Assembly: GCA_001304015.1 (NCBI GenBank)
Contig: LJUY01000010.1
Coordinates: 14,840 to 78,839 of the forward strand
Source: a candidate division Zixibacteria bacterium SM23_81
Lineage (GTDB): Bacteria; SM23-81
Reading direction: 5' to 3'
DNA length: 64,000 nt
The notes under the pieces are model-generated. The model ran no database searches, had not been told where the DNA came from, and saw nothing but the letters and a program-made list of their open reading frames with translations. The translations under genes were made by a program, and so were the position numbers. Below, in pieces: positions 37,545 to 47,586 of the stretch (positions within the stretch are counted from its first letter, which is position 1; every line of letters starts with the position of its first letter).

Positions 37545-40500
37545 ATGGTGAACGATATTTTCAAACGCTCTCACACTGCCTTCTTTCTTGCGGTGGCGGT
37601 GCTGTTCGGCGCTGTTTTAATCCCAACGTCGACTCTTGGCCAAGCCTACACGCAATTGCAGGTCTTGTTACCAGGAGAAACCGAGGCTCCTGGAACCCCA
37701 ACTGGGAAATTGGGCTCCCCACAAGCGCAGACTGTACAAGTCCCTTTTACAGTCAAGGTGAGGGCCTGCGACTTATCTTGGAATACCGTGACTTCAATCA
37801 CAAACATCGTACTGATCGGCTCCTCGGATGAAAGTGCCACCTTGCCGGGATCCACTCCGCTGGTCAACGGACAGGTCAATCTGACCGTCACGCTAAACGC
37901 GGCGGGTTCGTTCACAATCTGGGCACGTGATGAGACAGATCCTACGATCCCGGAGGCGACTTCTGCCGCCGTCACAGTGTTAGCCCTACAGACCTTCCAG
38001 TTCTCCGACATTCATCAAAAGCACACATACGCCGGTGTGTCAGAATCGTATACCATCTGGGCGATGGACCCCACCGGAAATGTGGTGACGGGATATTCAG
38101 GGCCTGTCCGCCTGAGGCAAATCACCAGTTATGGCGATGGACGCGTCTCACCCGAGGTGGTCACGCTCACGGGGGGGATCTGGTCGGGCTCGCTGACGAT
38201 GTACCGAGCCGATGAGTCCAGCATCAATCGCGGCAACGTAAACCTTTTTGCATTTCTAGAAGCGAATCCATCGATAAACGGCACCAGCGATCCCTTCATC
38301 GTGCACCCTGGTCCTTTTACGCGCGTGCAAATAGTTGTCCCCGGCCAGAATCCAGCGCCCGGAAGCGTAAGTGGAGTCTCCGGCTCACCGGCCACCCAGG
38401 GAGCTGGCCAGAACTTCAACGTTGACATCTACGCCACCGACACATATTGGAATCCAGTCCCGAGCTTTGATAATGTCCGCATCACCTCCAGCGATCCTGG
38501 AGCTAGCACTCCGGTGTCTGGTGCTTTGATGGAGGGTTTTCGGCAGTTCAGCATTTCCCTTGGCACCGTGGGATCCCAAACCCTTACGGTCACCGACCAG
38601 ACCAATGGTTCCATCCAGGGAATGACCAGCACAGGAATCCCGGTCATTCCCAGTGCGCCGGATCACTTCGAGATCGATCCAATTTCCTCGCCGCTTGTGG
38701 CCGGCGAACCTGAGATCGTCACGATACGCGCCACCGATGTAGGCGGCAACACTCTTCCTGACTATCACGGCAATGCCACATTATCGGCCAACACCGGACC
38801 TGGAAGCATTTCCCCAGAGGACATCGTCTTCAGCAACGGCGCATGGACCGGCGAGATGATCTTCCGAGGCGCAGGGGGTGCTGTTTCGTTCACCTGTTCT
38901 GACTTCGCAACACCTCCCCACACCGGGACGAGCATCAATTTTCAGGTTTTGCCGGGACCATTTGCGGGGCTTCAGGTCCTTCTGCCCGGACAGGTTCCTC
39001 AGGGCGGAACGGACTCGGGCTTCAGCGGAACCCCCTCGATCCAGAACGCCGGATCGAGCTTCAGCATCATGGTTCGGGCGGTCGATGCCTTCTGGAACAG
39101 GGTGCCAGGTATTGACGATAGAATCGCCTTAAGTTCCAGCGATGCGTTCGCCGACATCGTGCCTGAGACCACCCTGGTCAACGGAGAGCTCATTCTCCCC
39201 GTCACGTTGTTCAAGTCGGGCAGCCAAACCATCTCGGCTGCGGATCTCGACTCTGCCAGCATCGACCCTCATACCTCTAGCGCCGTGGAGGTCCTCACAG
39301 GGCCATACTCACGTCTTCTCATCCTGGTCCCAGGCGAGGAGCTCGCGCCGGGCACAGAGAATGGCCGCACCGGCACGGCTACCGATCAATCCATAAACTA
39401 CGCCTTCACCATCACGGTATATGCTACCGACGCCTGGTGGAACCCAGTGACTGGGGTGAGCGACCTGGTCCGCATCACTTCCAGCGACCCATTAGCCGAG
39501 CTACCACAGGACACACCCTTAGTAGATGGACGAGTCGATCTGAATGTTCGATTATCCACAGGCGGATATCAACAGATCACCGTGTCCAACATCACTCAGC
39601 GGGGAATGCCGACCAGCACAACCGAAGTTCGTGCCATCTCCAGTGGCTTACACCTCGAGGCGGAAGTGAACCCGACCACGGTTCAGGCCGGTGAGTCATT
39701 CACCCTCACAGTGAAGGTGACCAACGACGCTGGGAGCATCATCCAGGAAATCAACTCCTTTGTAGACGTCGAGGTGCAGAACGCGTCAACTCAAGAGCCA
39801 GGCAAGGGCACTCTGCTGACCACACGCTTCCAGCTCCTACAAGGGCAGCGTTCCATCCAGGAAACGTACACGTTTGCAGAATCTATCATCCTTATTGTGA
39901 ACGACAACCAAGGGAGCGCGCCAGCGGCCACTGACGTGATCCTCATTGAGCCAGGTCCTCCTGTGGCCATCGAAGTTGCCAGCAATCCCACCTGGGTTGG
40001 CGGAAACAAACACGCCGCGGTGAACGCTCGTGTGATGGATCTCTATGATAATGGTGTCCCCGAGCAACCTGTAGACTTCGAGCTGATCAGCGGTTTGGGA
40101 ACCCTCACGTCCATCGATTCCATAACGAACGCCGATGGGGTGGCCAGAGCCGACTTCTTAAGCCCACGCATCCCCGAGATCAGCCGCGTCCGGGCCACTT
40201 CAAACAGTCTTGTCGCAGAGCTAGATATCGAAACGGCCCTGGTGAATCCCAACCTGCCGGGTGGAACCGTTACCAACTACCCCAATCCGTTCCATCCCGG
40301 CGAGGCTCCCACAACGATTGCATATAAGCTCGCGGACAACGCCACCGTTGCCCTGCGAATCTACACCCTGAGTGGGGGACTGGTGCTCCGCAAAGATTTC
40401 TCATCCGGCAGGCCCGGGGGAATCGCCGGGCTCAACGAGTACAAGTGGGACGGCCGAAACGGCGCTGGTGACTATGTCTCCAGCGGGGGTTACGTCCTGG

Positions 40501-40568
40501 TCATCGAAGCCAAAGGTAGCGGCGAAACACTTCACGTCATGCGCCGCAAGATTGCGGTGGTGCGTTAA
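37545..40568 (+). CDS. ~1000-aa secreted Ig-like-repeat protein with FlgD-Ig/T9SS-like C-terminal domain
   Basis: I start it at ATG 37545 (GAGGTGGG SD), giving signal peptide MVNDIFKRSHTAFFLAVAVLFGAVLIPTSTLGQA. There are at least four modules opening with (L/V)Q(V/I)(L/V)(L/V)PG(E/Q)..APG...G.(S/T)G(S/T)(P/A)..Q and ending ...A.D..WN.V. A Big_1-like module is present (VNARVMDLYDNGVPEQPVDF). The tail reads NYPNPFHPGE...YKWDGRNGAGDYVSSGGYVLVIEA. Confidence 0.8.
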   Translation: MVNDIFKRSHTAFFLAVAVLFGAVLIPTSTLGQAYTQLQVLLPGETEAPGTPTGKLGSPQAQTVQVPFTVKVRACDLSWNTVTSITNIVLIGSSDESATLPGSTPLVNGQVNLTVTLNAAGSFTIWARDETDPTIPEATSAAVTVLALQTFQFSDIHQKHTYAGVSESYTIWAMDPTGNVVTGYSGPVRLRQITSYGDGRVSPEVVTLTGGIWSGSLTMYRADESSINRGNVNLFAFLEANPSINGTSDPFIVHPGPFTRVQIVVPGQNPAPGSVSGVSGSPATQGAGQNFNVDIYATDTYWNPVPSFDNVRITSSDPGASTPVSGALMEGFRQFSISLGTVGSQTLTVTDQTNGSIQGMTSTGIPVIPSAPDHFEIDPISSPLVAGEPEIVTIRATDVGGNTLPDYHGNATLSANTGPGSISPEDIVFSNGAWTGEMIFRGAGGAVSFTCSDFATPPHTGTSINFQVLPGPFAGLQVLLPGQVPQGGTDSGFSGTPSIQNAGSSFSIMVRAVDAFWNRVPGIDDRIALSSSDAFADIVPETTLVNGELILPVTLFKSGSQTISAADLDSASIDPHTSSAVEVLTGPYSRLLILVPGEELAPGTENGRTGTATDQSINYAFTITVYATDAWWNPVTGVSDLVRITSSDPLAELPQDTPLVDGRVDLNVRLSTGGYQQITVSNITQRGMPTSTTEVRAISSGLHLEAEVNPTTVQAGESFTLTVKVTNDAGSIIQEINSFVDVEVQNASTQEPGKGTLLTTRFQLLQGQRSIQETYTFAESIILIVNDNQGSAPAATDVILIEPGPPVAIEVASNPTWVGGNKHAAVNARVMDLYDNGVPEQPVDFELISGLGTLTSIDSITNADGVARADFLSPRIPEISRVRATSNSLVAELDIETALVNPNLPGGTVTNYPNPFHPGEAPTTIAYKLADNATVALRIYTLSGGLVLRKDFSSGRPGGIAGLNEYKWDGRNGAGDYVSSGGYVLVIEAKGSGETLHVMRRKIAVVR

Positions 40569-40580
40569 TTAGGAGGACCC

Positions 40581-41849
40581 ATGAATTACTTTCTTAGTCA
40601 TAGAAACGGCACGTTCGCCCTGGCCTTGGCTATAAGTTTCGGGCTGGCCATGGCCGGTGGAACCAGCGCACGGGCCGCAGATCAAAACGGAGGAGTGCCG
40701 GGAGACTGGCTCTCTCGTTATGCAGGAGCTCGTGCCCTAGGCTTTGGAGGAGCGTTTGTCGCTACTGCCGACGAGCCTTTGGGTGTGGTGTGGAATCCGG
40801 CAGGCCTCTCCCAGATGTTTCAGAACGGGGTCCACTTCGAGACGGCCTATCTCTTCGAAGGGACATCGATCAACGCTTTCAGCTTTGGAGTGCCTGCAAG
40901 ATGGTTTCCAAGCTTCGGTCTGACCGTGCTCTCCTTGCGATCCGATGGTTTCGAGCGGACCAATGAGCTCAATGAATCGCTGGGAAGCTTTTACGAAGGG
41001 GAAATGGCCTTCTTGCTTTCCGCTTCCAAGAACCTCTCGCCACGCCTCTCGCTTGGCGCCAACGTCAAGGTTGTCCGTCAGACCATCGAGGAGTTCGACG
41101 CCGCGGGCGTTGGGGCCGACTTCGGCCTCCTCCTCTATCTCACTCCGACGTTGCGTCTAGGTACATCCCTGCTCAACGTGGGCGGGCCTAGGCTGACTCT
41201 GCGCGAAACAGATGAGGTTTATCCATTAGAGATCCGTGGTGGGCTCTCCAAAAATCTCTTTTCTGATAGAGGTTTAATTACGTTTGAGATCGACCGACGC
41301 TCTGGACCAGGGGTGAGCTTTCACGGCGGCAGCGAGTTTTGGGTTCATCCCAGTATGGCATTGCGTCTCGGCTACTATGACGACTCCCCTACTGGAGGCT
41401 TTAGCTATCGCTTTCCACATGGCATACGTCTCGACTATGGGTTGTCTGACCACGAATTGGGCGTTATCCACCGCATCGGGCTCTCGTTTCAGTTCGGCGG
41501 TTTCTTCGCCAGCTCTGAGGCTATCCCGCCGGTTTTTTCTCCTATCGGGGAGCAGTCAGTGACCAAGTTTCACCTGAAGGCCAAGACCAAGGCGAGCAGC
41601 AGTAACTGGAGCCTTGAGATTGTGGATAAATCCAACCAGATGGTGCGCCGTTTTAGTGGAAAAGGAGCACCTCCAGCGCACGTGATGTGGGACGGCAAGG
41701 GCGAATCAGGGCTATCTCTGCCCGATGGCCTCTACAGCTATCAACTCACGGTGGAGGATCAGGAGGGACGGAAATTCACCGGGCCCAAAAGGACAGTCGA
41801 GATCACCACATCCGGGCCGCAAGGAACGGTGCCCATCGTCATCCAGTAA
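40581..41849 (+). CDS. PorV/PorQ-like outer-membrane beta-barrel with C-terminal FlgD-Ig-like domain
   Basis: 422 aa with a signal peptide. GARALGFGGAFVATADEPLGVVWNPAGLS is the hallmark N-terminal strand motif of this barrel family. The C-terminal end reads WSLEIVDKSNQMVRRFSGKGAPPAHVMWDGKGESGLSLPDGLYSYQL. Confidence 0.65.
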   Translation: MNYFLSHRNGTFALALAISFGLAMAGGTSARAADQNGGVPGDWLSRYAGARALGFGGAFVATADEPLGVVWNPAGLSQMFQNGVHFETAYLFEGTSINAFSFGVPARWFPSFGLTVLSLRSDGFERTNELNESLGSFYEGEMAFLLSASKNLSPRLSLGANVKVVRQTIEEFDAAGVGADFGLLLYLTPTLRLGTSLLNVGGPRLTLRETDEVYPLEIRGGLSKNLFSDRGLITFEIDRRSGPGVSFHGGSEFWVHPSMALRLGYYDDSPTGGFSYRFPHGIRLDYGLSDHELGVIHRIGLSFQFGGFFASSEAIPPVFSPIGEQSVTKFHLKAKTKASSSNWSLEIVDKSNQMVRRFSGKGAPPAHVMWDGKGESGLSLPDGLYSYQLTVEDQEGRKFTGPKRTVEITTSGPQGTVPIVIQ

Positions 41850-41873
41850 ATAGAATAATAAGGAGTCGAAGGC

Positions 41874-44800
41874 ATGTCTCACCTGAAACCGAAGAGCTCG
41901 ATGGCTTTTGCCACGCTGGCACTTTCAGGAATGGTCCTGTTCGCCATGGCCATCTTGTCTGGGCCTGCAGCCTCAGAGGCCAATGCTCCCGTTAACGCTC
42001 AGCCGACCACATTATCTGACGTCGGAATGGAGCTAGAAAAAATACGACTATTCCCAATTACAGGGCGACAGAACGCTCTGGAAGAGGTGGCGCGTTCCAT
42101 AAACGAGCTGATGCGTGTTGGCATCCCCTCAGAGCAACGCAGCGCGGCCTACTTCTTGTCCGGAGAAATCCGCTATGACCTGGGCAACTACCTCCAAGCT
42201 GCTGAGGAGTTTCGAAAATCCGAGAAGGCCAGCAAACACAACTCGTTCTCTGGCGCAGCCGCAGCCGCGTCCATCATGGCCCTGGAGGCATCAGGGAGGG
42301 ACGATGATGCCGCCCGGGCTTGGATGAAGTGGGAAAACAAGTACAAGAACAATCCGTTTCTTCCAGAAGTTCTCCTGGCTCGAGCATGGAACGCTCTTCG
42401 TCGAGACACCCTCGCCACAGCGACAAAAAGATTGGAACAGTTGACGTCGAGCTTTCCATGGATGGAGAAGGACCCCCGTACCATTCTGTTGATCGCCACG
42501 GTGGCCTATCTCGAGGAGCGTCCCGCGGACGCTCTCGCTGCCCTAACGGATGAAATCACCGGTGCTGCGGCAACTTATCTGCGCGCTCTGTGCTATGAAG
42601 CTGAGGGGGCGATGCTGAAGGCAGCAGCCCAATACCAGGAGGTGGTAGAGCGTTATCCCGAATCGACGCTTCGGGACCATGCCATGCTGGCCAAGGCCAA
42701 TATCTTTATGACCAGCGGTGTTTATCGGAGCGCCACAGAGGAGTTCACACTCGTGGTCGAGAAGGCCTCGCAGCCATACGTACATGCCGAAGCAGCACTG
42801 CGGAATGCAGCCTCGGTCTTTTTGGACGGCGACGCCACAGGAGGAGCTGATCTTCTCCGCGAGGTAGTGAAGAATCATGCAGGTACCGACCAGGCGGCTC
42901 GTGCACAGCTCCTCCTGGGCGAAGTGCTCTTTAGCCAATCATTATATAAGGAGGCCATCCCCGAGTTCAATCGTGTGCTGACAGATTATTTCGAGCATTC
43001 GCTCGCCGCAAGAGCCCAATACCGCGTGGGTCGATGTCTCGACGCCTTGGGACGCCAGTCCGACGCGACCAGCACATATCAAGCTGTTGTTTCAGGTTAC
43101 CCTTTGGCCCCAGAGGCGCCGGCGGCAGCATATCTCGCGGGTGTCGGTCTTTTGGAACAAGATCGTCCTCTTGCAGCTGTGCCCTATTTCCAGCTGGTGC
43201 TGGACCGCTATGCTCGCGACGACAGCACTGGAACGCTCGTTTTTGCATCGCCCGATCATCAGGAGCTCGTCGAGGCTTCGCTGTGTCTCCTGGAGCTCTC
43301 ATATCACAGGGCGGGAGACCTGGGACAGCTTTCGGGCGTGCCTCATCTCATGCTTCAAAAGATGCCACACAGTAGCTCGCCGTGGCGAGCGTATGCTCTC
43401 CTGATTGATGCCGACGCCCTGGCGGCACAGGCCCGCTATTCCGATGCCCAGGCCGTTCTGGACAATCTCATTCAAGAATTTCCCGAACACCCTGTGGGGA
43501 TCTCTGCCAACCGCCTTTTGGCATGGACCTTTGCCCAGCAGGGTCGCGATGACCTGGCCATCAAAACCGAGGAACGGATGCTGGCGCGATACGCATCCCA
43601 CGGTGACATGAAAAGCCTGAGTTCGGCATACCTCAACAAAGCCCATATTCTTTTCAATAGGAAAAGCTACCAGGAGGCCGCCGCGACATATGATGAGTTT
43701 CTAGATCGATTCCCGAATAATCCGCAACACTTGCTGGCACTATATCAGGCAGGACTTTGCTACCTGCGCCTCAACCTGGCTGGTGACGCGGTGGATCGCT
43801 GGGAAGCTATTGTCGCCAAGGCGCCAGATGCGGAAATCGCGGAGCGCGCCTGGGTGCGCGCCGGAGACTTGTATTTCCAGGCGGAGCGCTTCGAAGATGC
43901 CAAACGCTGCTACCAAGGTTTGCTCGACCATTTTACCAACAGTCGCATCACCGCCTTGGGCTTACTTCGCCTGGCACAGTGCGAGTACAACGCGAGCCGG
44001 GACCCAGAGGCTCTGGAGCTCTACTCAGTTGTAGTGGCCCGTTTCCCTGACTCGGCCGAGGCTCGCGAAGCGGAGCGGGGTATGGAGTTGGCTCTTTACC
44101 GCTTAGGGCAAAGGGAGGACGGCAGCGAAGTATTGGCCCAGCTGGTCGAGCGCTATCCCACCAGTGCCTTCGCGGCGGACGCGCAGTTCGAGATCGCCAT
44201 GCGTCACTACAAGGAGAAGCATTTCCGTCAAGCAGCCGAGGAATTCCGCCGTGTTGTGAGCCAGTTTCCCGACTATTCCGCGGCTGATCGAGCCCATTTC
44301 CTTATGGCAGACGCCCACGGCCAGGTTGGCTCGGCTCAGGAAGCTCGCCTCGCCTATGAGCAGTTTCTGCTGTTCTTCCCCGAAAGCGAACTTCGCACCA
44401 CGGTGCGGTTCCGTCTGGGATCACTCCGATTCGGTGAAGGTGACTACATACGTGCGGCTGTTGATTTCACAAGTGTCCTGGATGCGAATGCCTCTGAGGA
44501 ACTGTCGTCGGCCTCCCTCTATAACCTGGCACTATGCCATCGCATGATGGGGGAGGCTGCTCAGGCCCAAGAGGCGCTCGAGCGTTACCGAGAGCAACAT
44601 TCCACCGACGATGAACGTGCGGCTGATGTAGCTTATCAACTGGGCGAAATCCATGATTCTGCAGGTCGGACTGCACTGGCAGCGGAGGAGTTTAAGCGGG
44701 CACTTGCCTCACAGCCCTCCGCGAATCTGACCATAGAGCTCTACTATCGTCTCGGTCAGTGCCGGGAGCAACTCGGCGATCACGACGGTGCCATCAATGC

Positions 44801-45005
44801 CTACAAAAAGGCCGGCGCCGCAAAAGATAAAGCCGATGCTTTCCGCCTCTCCGCGGTGGCCCGTTGCGCAGCTCTTTACGAGGAAGAAGGCAAATTCAAA
44901 GAAGCTCTCTCTGCTTACTATTCTCTCATCCAAGATGCCGAAGATCCCGAGCTGGTATTTGCGGCTGAGCAGCGCGCTTCTCAGCTCGAGACCATTATCA
45001 AGTGA
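41874..45005 (+). CDS. 1043-aa periplasmic TPR-repeat protein
   Basis: Has a signal/anchor helix. Wall-to-wall TPR/YbgF-like repeats follow, with recurrent A..A.Y..G......G....A...F..(L/V)...(F/Y)P.S patterns. Confidence 0.85.
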   Translation: MSHLKPKSSMAFATLALSGMVLFAMAILSGPAASEANAPVNAQPTTLSDVGMELEKIRLFPITGRQNALEEVARSINELMRVGIPSEQRSAAYFLSGEIRYDLGNYLQAAEEFRKSEKASKHNSFSGAAAAASIMALEASGRDDDAARAWMKWENKYKNNPFLPEVLLARAWNALRRDTLATATKRLEQLTSSFPWMEKDPRTILLIATVAYLEERPADALAALTDEITGAAATYLRALCYEAEGAMLKAAAQYQEVVERYPESTLRDHAMLAKANIFMTSGVYRSATEEFTLVVEKASQPYVHAEAALRNAASVFLDGDATGGADLLREVVKNHAGTDQAARAQLLLGEVLFSQSLYKEAIPEFNRVLTDYFEHSLAARAQYRVGRCLDALGRQSDATSTYQAVVSGYPLAPEAPAAAYLAGVGLLEQDRPLAAVPYFQLVLDRYARDDSTGTLVFASPDHQELVEASLCLLELSYHRAGDLGQLSGVPHLMLQKMPHSSSPWRAYALLIDADALAAQARYSDAQAVLDNLIQEFPEHPVGISANRLLAWTFAQQGRDDLAIKTEERMLARYASHGDMKSLSSAYLNKAHILFNRKSYQEAAATYDEFLDRFPNNPQHLLALYQAGLCYLRLNLAGDAVDRWEAIVAKAPDAEIAERAWVRAGDLYFQAERFEDAKRCYQGLLDHFTNSRITALGLLRLAQCEYNASRDPEALELYSVVVARFPDSAEAREAERGMELALYRLGQREDGSEVLAQLVERYPTSAFAADAQFEIAMRHYKEKHFRQAAEEFRRVVSQFPDYSAADRAHFLMADAHGQVGSAQEARLAYEQFLLFFPESELRTTVRFRLGSLRFGEGDYIRAAVDFTSVLDANASEELSSASLYNLALCHRMMGEAAQAQEALERYREQHSTDDERAADVAYQLGEIHDSAGRTALAAEEFKRALASQPSANLTIELYYRLGQCREQLGDHDGAINAYKKAGAAKDKADAFRLSAVARCAALYEEEGKFKEALSAYYSLIQDAEDPELVFAAEQRASQLETIIK

Positions 45006-45032
45006 TACACAGGAAAGTCAACCAGAAGGAGA

Positions 45033-45737
45033 ATGAAAATGTTTTCAGACTTCAATTGGATGGACGCGATCTTTAATAGCCCCATCTTCCTGGTCTTGGT
45101 GGTCTGCAGCGTCGTTACTTTAGGGATTGCCATTGAACGAGCCTACTATTTTTGGAAGCGACGTGGCAATCCAGACGAGACGCTCACGCTGGCGCTGAAG
45201 AAACTACGCACGGGAAAAATAAAAGAGGCCTCTTGGACCTGCGAGAACAGTCCCCATCCAATGGGACCGGTGGCAAGCCAGGTTTTCCAGAGCGAGAACC
45301 CCCAGGGAGAATCGTTTGAGGAGCGTCTCCATATCACTTTGAGCCAGCAGAAGATCTTGCTTGAGCGCAATCTTGGCTTTCTGGGAACAATGGCAGCTAT
45401 TGCGCCTCTTATTGGACTCCTGGGAACGGTATGGGGCATCATGCGCGCTTTCCACGACATGGCCCTGACTGGGTCGGCTGCGCCAGCGATAGTGGCTGCA
45501 GGTGTAGCGGAAGCGCTCATGACCACGGCCGCCGGCCTGATTATCGCCGTGCCCGCCCTGATTCTTTACAACCACTTATCCCGCCGCATGAATGTAATGC
45601 TCACAGTGGCCGAGAACCACGCCCGTAGCCTTCGCATGGCTCTGATTGAGGCGATGACAAACGAAGCTCCCCAACCTAAGATCAGCGACTCTCGAGTAGA
45701 CGTGCGTCCTCTGGAGCCGGTGGGCACGGAAGGTTGA
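45033..45737 (+). CDS. MotA/TolQ/ExbB-family proton channel
   Basis: 234 aa with three TM helices and the signature LGFLGTMAAIAPLIGLLGTVWGIMRAF. Confidence 0.85.
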   Translation: MKMFSDFNWMDAIFNSPIFLVLVVCSVVTLGIAIERAYYFWKRRGNPDETLTLALKKLRTGKIKEASWTCENSPHPMGPVASQVFQSENPQGESFEERLHITLSQQKILLERNLGFLGTMAAIAPLIGLLGTVWGIMRAFHDMALTGSAAPAIVAAGVAEALMTTAAGLIIAVPALILYNHLSRRMNVMLTVAENHARSLRMALIEAMTNEAPQPKISDSRVDVRPLEPVGTEG

Positions 45738-45775
45738 CGGGAGAAATCAGAAGGCACGCTGACGAGGTGCGCATC

Positions 45776-46186
45776 ATGTTCCACAAAAAGGTACACCAAA
45801 ACGAACAAGGGGAGCGTGAGATCAACATGACCCCCCTTATCGACGTTTCTCTGGTGCTGGTGGTGATGCTCCTGCTGGCAACGCCCCTCACCTTCGAATC
45901 AAGCATCGCCGTGAACAAGTCTGCTACCAGCGCCCAAACGGCCGATAGCGTGAGTAATGAGAAACGCATTGAACTACGTGTGGTCTCGGAGGAGAAGGTA
46001 CAGGTTAATCGCAACCTTGTGAATCGTGAGGTCTTAGTGGAAACGCTGCAGCCTCTCCTAGAGGCTAGCTCACCTGCTCTAGTGGTGGTGGCGTGTGCAG
46101 ATAACGTCTCCCATAGAGCTTTCGTGGATGTCCTCGACAAGGCCAAATTATGCGGCGCAACAGAGATCGCCGTGATGGGGAGGTAG
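45776..46186 (+). CDS. ExbD/TolR-family protein 1
   Basis: Starts at ATG 45776 (GAGGTG SD). INMTPLIDVSLVLVVMLLL is the ExbD TM signature. Confidence 0.8.
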   Translation: MFHKKVHQNEQGEREINMTPLIDVSLVLVVMLLLATPLTFESSIAVNKSATSAQTADSVSNEKRIELRVVSEEKVQVNRNLVNREVLVETLQPLLEASSPALVVVACADNVSHRAFVDVLDKAKLCGATEIAVMGR

Positions 46187-46187
46187 C

Positions 46188-46613
46188 ATGCGACTCTTCA
46201 CCGTAACCCCCAATTCCAATATCCCGAAGATTAACGTCGCGCCTATTATCGACGTGGCGCTTGTTCTGGTCATTATCCTGCTCATCACAGCGCCGATGCT
46301 TTCGGTGACAGATATGGGCGTCAGCTTGCCCCAGGCGCAAACGCGCGGCGTAGAAGACGCGGTCCGATTGAGCATCACGCTGAGCAAGACTGGAGAGATG
46401 GCTATCAATGAGCAACCCATCGCGCCTGACGACTTAACCAGTATTCTCTGCTCATGCCTTTCTAAACAAAACAACGAGAACATGCTGGTTGTGGTACGTG
46501 CCGACGAGGACGTCTCTTATCAGGCCGTACGCAAAATCCTCCGGGCAGCACGGGCTGCAGGAGCAAAGCGCCTCGCCATAGCGACGCGCCAGAGTGGGAG
46601 AGAAAACCGATGA
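46188..46613 (+). CDS. ExbD/TolR-family protein 2
   Basis: 141 aa. Signature INVAPIIDVALVLVIILLI, with a periplasmic domain ending VVVRADEDVSYQAVRKIL. Confidence 0.85.
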   Translation: MRLFTVTPNSNIPKINVAPIIDVALVLVIILLITAPMLSVTDMGVSLPQAQTRGVEDAVRLSITLSKTGEMAINEQPIAPDDLTSILCSCLSKQNNENMLVVVRADEDVSYQAVRKILRAARAAGAKRLAIATRQSGRENR

Positions 46614-47554
46614 ATACATCCACCATGAGCCTTGAACTGACCGCCATCCGGTCACATACCCGCAAGGGCATGGGAGCTAGCTTCCTGGTTCACATCCTTT
46701 TCTTCGTGTGGCTCATTCTGTACAGGAATTTGGTTCCCGCACCGCCCGGGATTATCGAAATCACCTGGATCGAATCAGTGGAGGCTGAACCTGTCGCGGC
46801 GCCAATCACTGCCGCAGCGATCATAACGGAAACCAATCAGAAATTGGTAGATTGGAGACCTTCGTCCCAACAATCTCAGGTTCATTTTCCTCGGGAAACG
46901 CCCCAGGCTGATGTGGCACTTCGCCCGCAAAATAAGGAAGCAATAGAGGATAAGCTAAGCGAACGATTAGCTTCACTGCAGAGAAATGCCACCGAAAAGC
47001 ATACTTATGTGGCTGCGCCGATAACATCCAGCCCCATAGCGAGTTCACCTTTAGCGAACATTCCCACCAAGGGGAGTACAACTCACGGATCGATTGAGCT
47101 CGCCCGCCAGCCAGTCACTGATTACCAACCCATCGAGCTCCGCTACGCCGAGTCGAAACTTCCCAGGCCGACCATGGCCATGGTCAAGAACCCAGCGCCC
47201 TCAATCACCCCGGCATCGGAAAAAAAGACGGACTACGTGGCGAGGCGCACTCTTGCGGGAGCATCCCTAGTTGGGCCTGTCGTCGACAGACCGTTAGTCT
47301 CGTATAACACCCCTAGGTATCCTGAATGGGCCAAGCGAGAAGCCATAGAGGCCTCGGTAACACTTTACTTTGTAGTTCTCCCCGACGGGCGGGTGAAGGA
47401 GAACGTCTTGATTCAGAAAACCTCTGCCTTTGAGGACTTCGACCGTAATGCAACTTCCGCGCTCCTCACCTGGCGTTTCGAGCCCCTGCAGGGGGACGCT
47501 ACCGGTGAACAGTGGGGTTTGATCACTTTTCACTACAAGCTGAGCGATGCGTAA
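46610..47554 (+). CDS. TonB/TolA-like energy transducer with TonB C-terminal domain
   Basis: 314 aa with an N-terminal TM helix (FLVHILFFVWLILY) and a low-complexity linker. The C-terminal YPEWAKREAIEASVTLYFVVLPDGRV...ALLTWRFEP is the TonB_C fold pattern. Confidence 0.75.
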   Translation: MNTSTMSLELTAIRSHTRKGMGASFLVHILFFVWLILYRNLVPAPPGIIEITWIESVEAEPVAAPITAAAIITETNQKLVDWRPSSQQSQVHFPRETPQADVALRPQNKEAIEDKLSERLASLQRNATEKHTYVAAPITSSPIASSPLANIPTKGSTTHGSIELARQPVTDYQPIELRYAESKLPRPTMAMVKNPAPSITPASEKKTDYVARRTLAGASLVGPVVDRPLVSYNTPRYPEWAKREAIEASVTLYFVVLPDGRVKENVLIQKTSAFEDFDRNATSALLTWRFEPLQGDATGEQWGLITFHYKLSDA

Positions 47555-47586
47555 GTTTGCTAACTGACAATAAGAAGGAATTAGCC

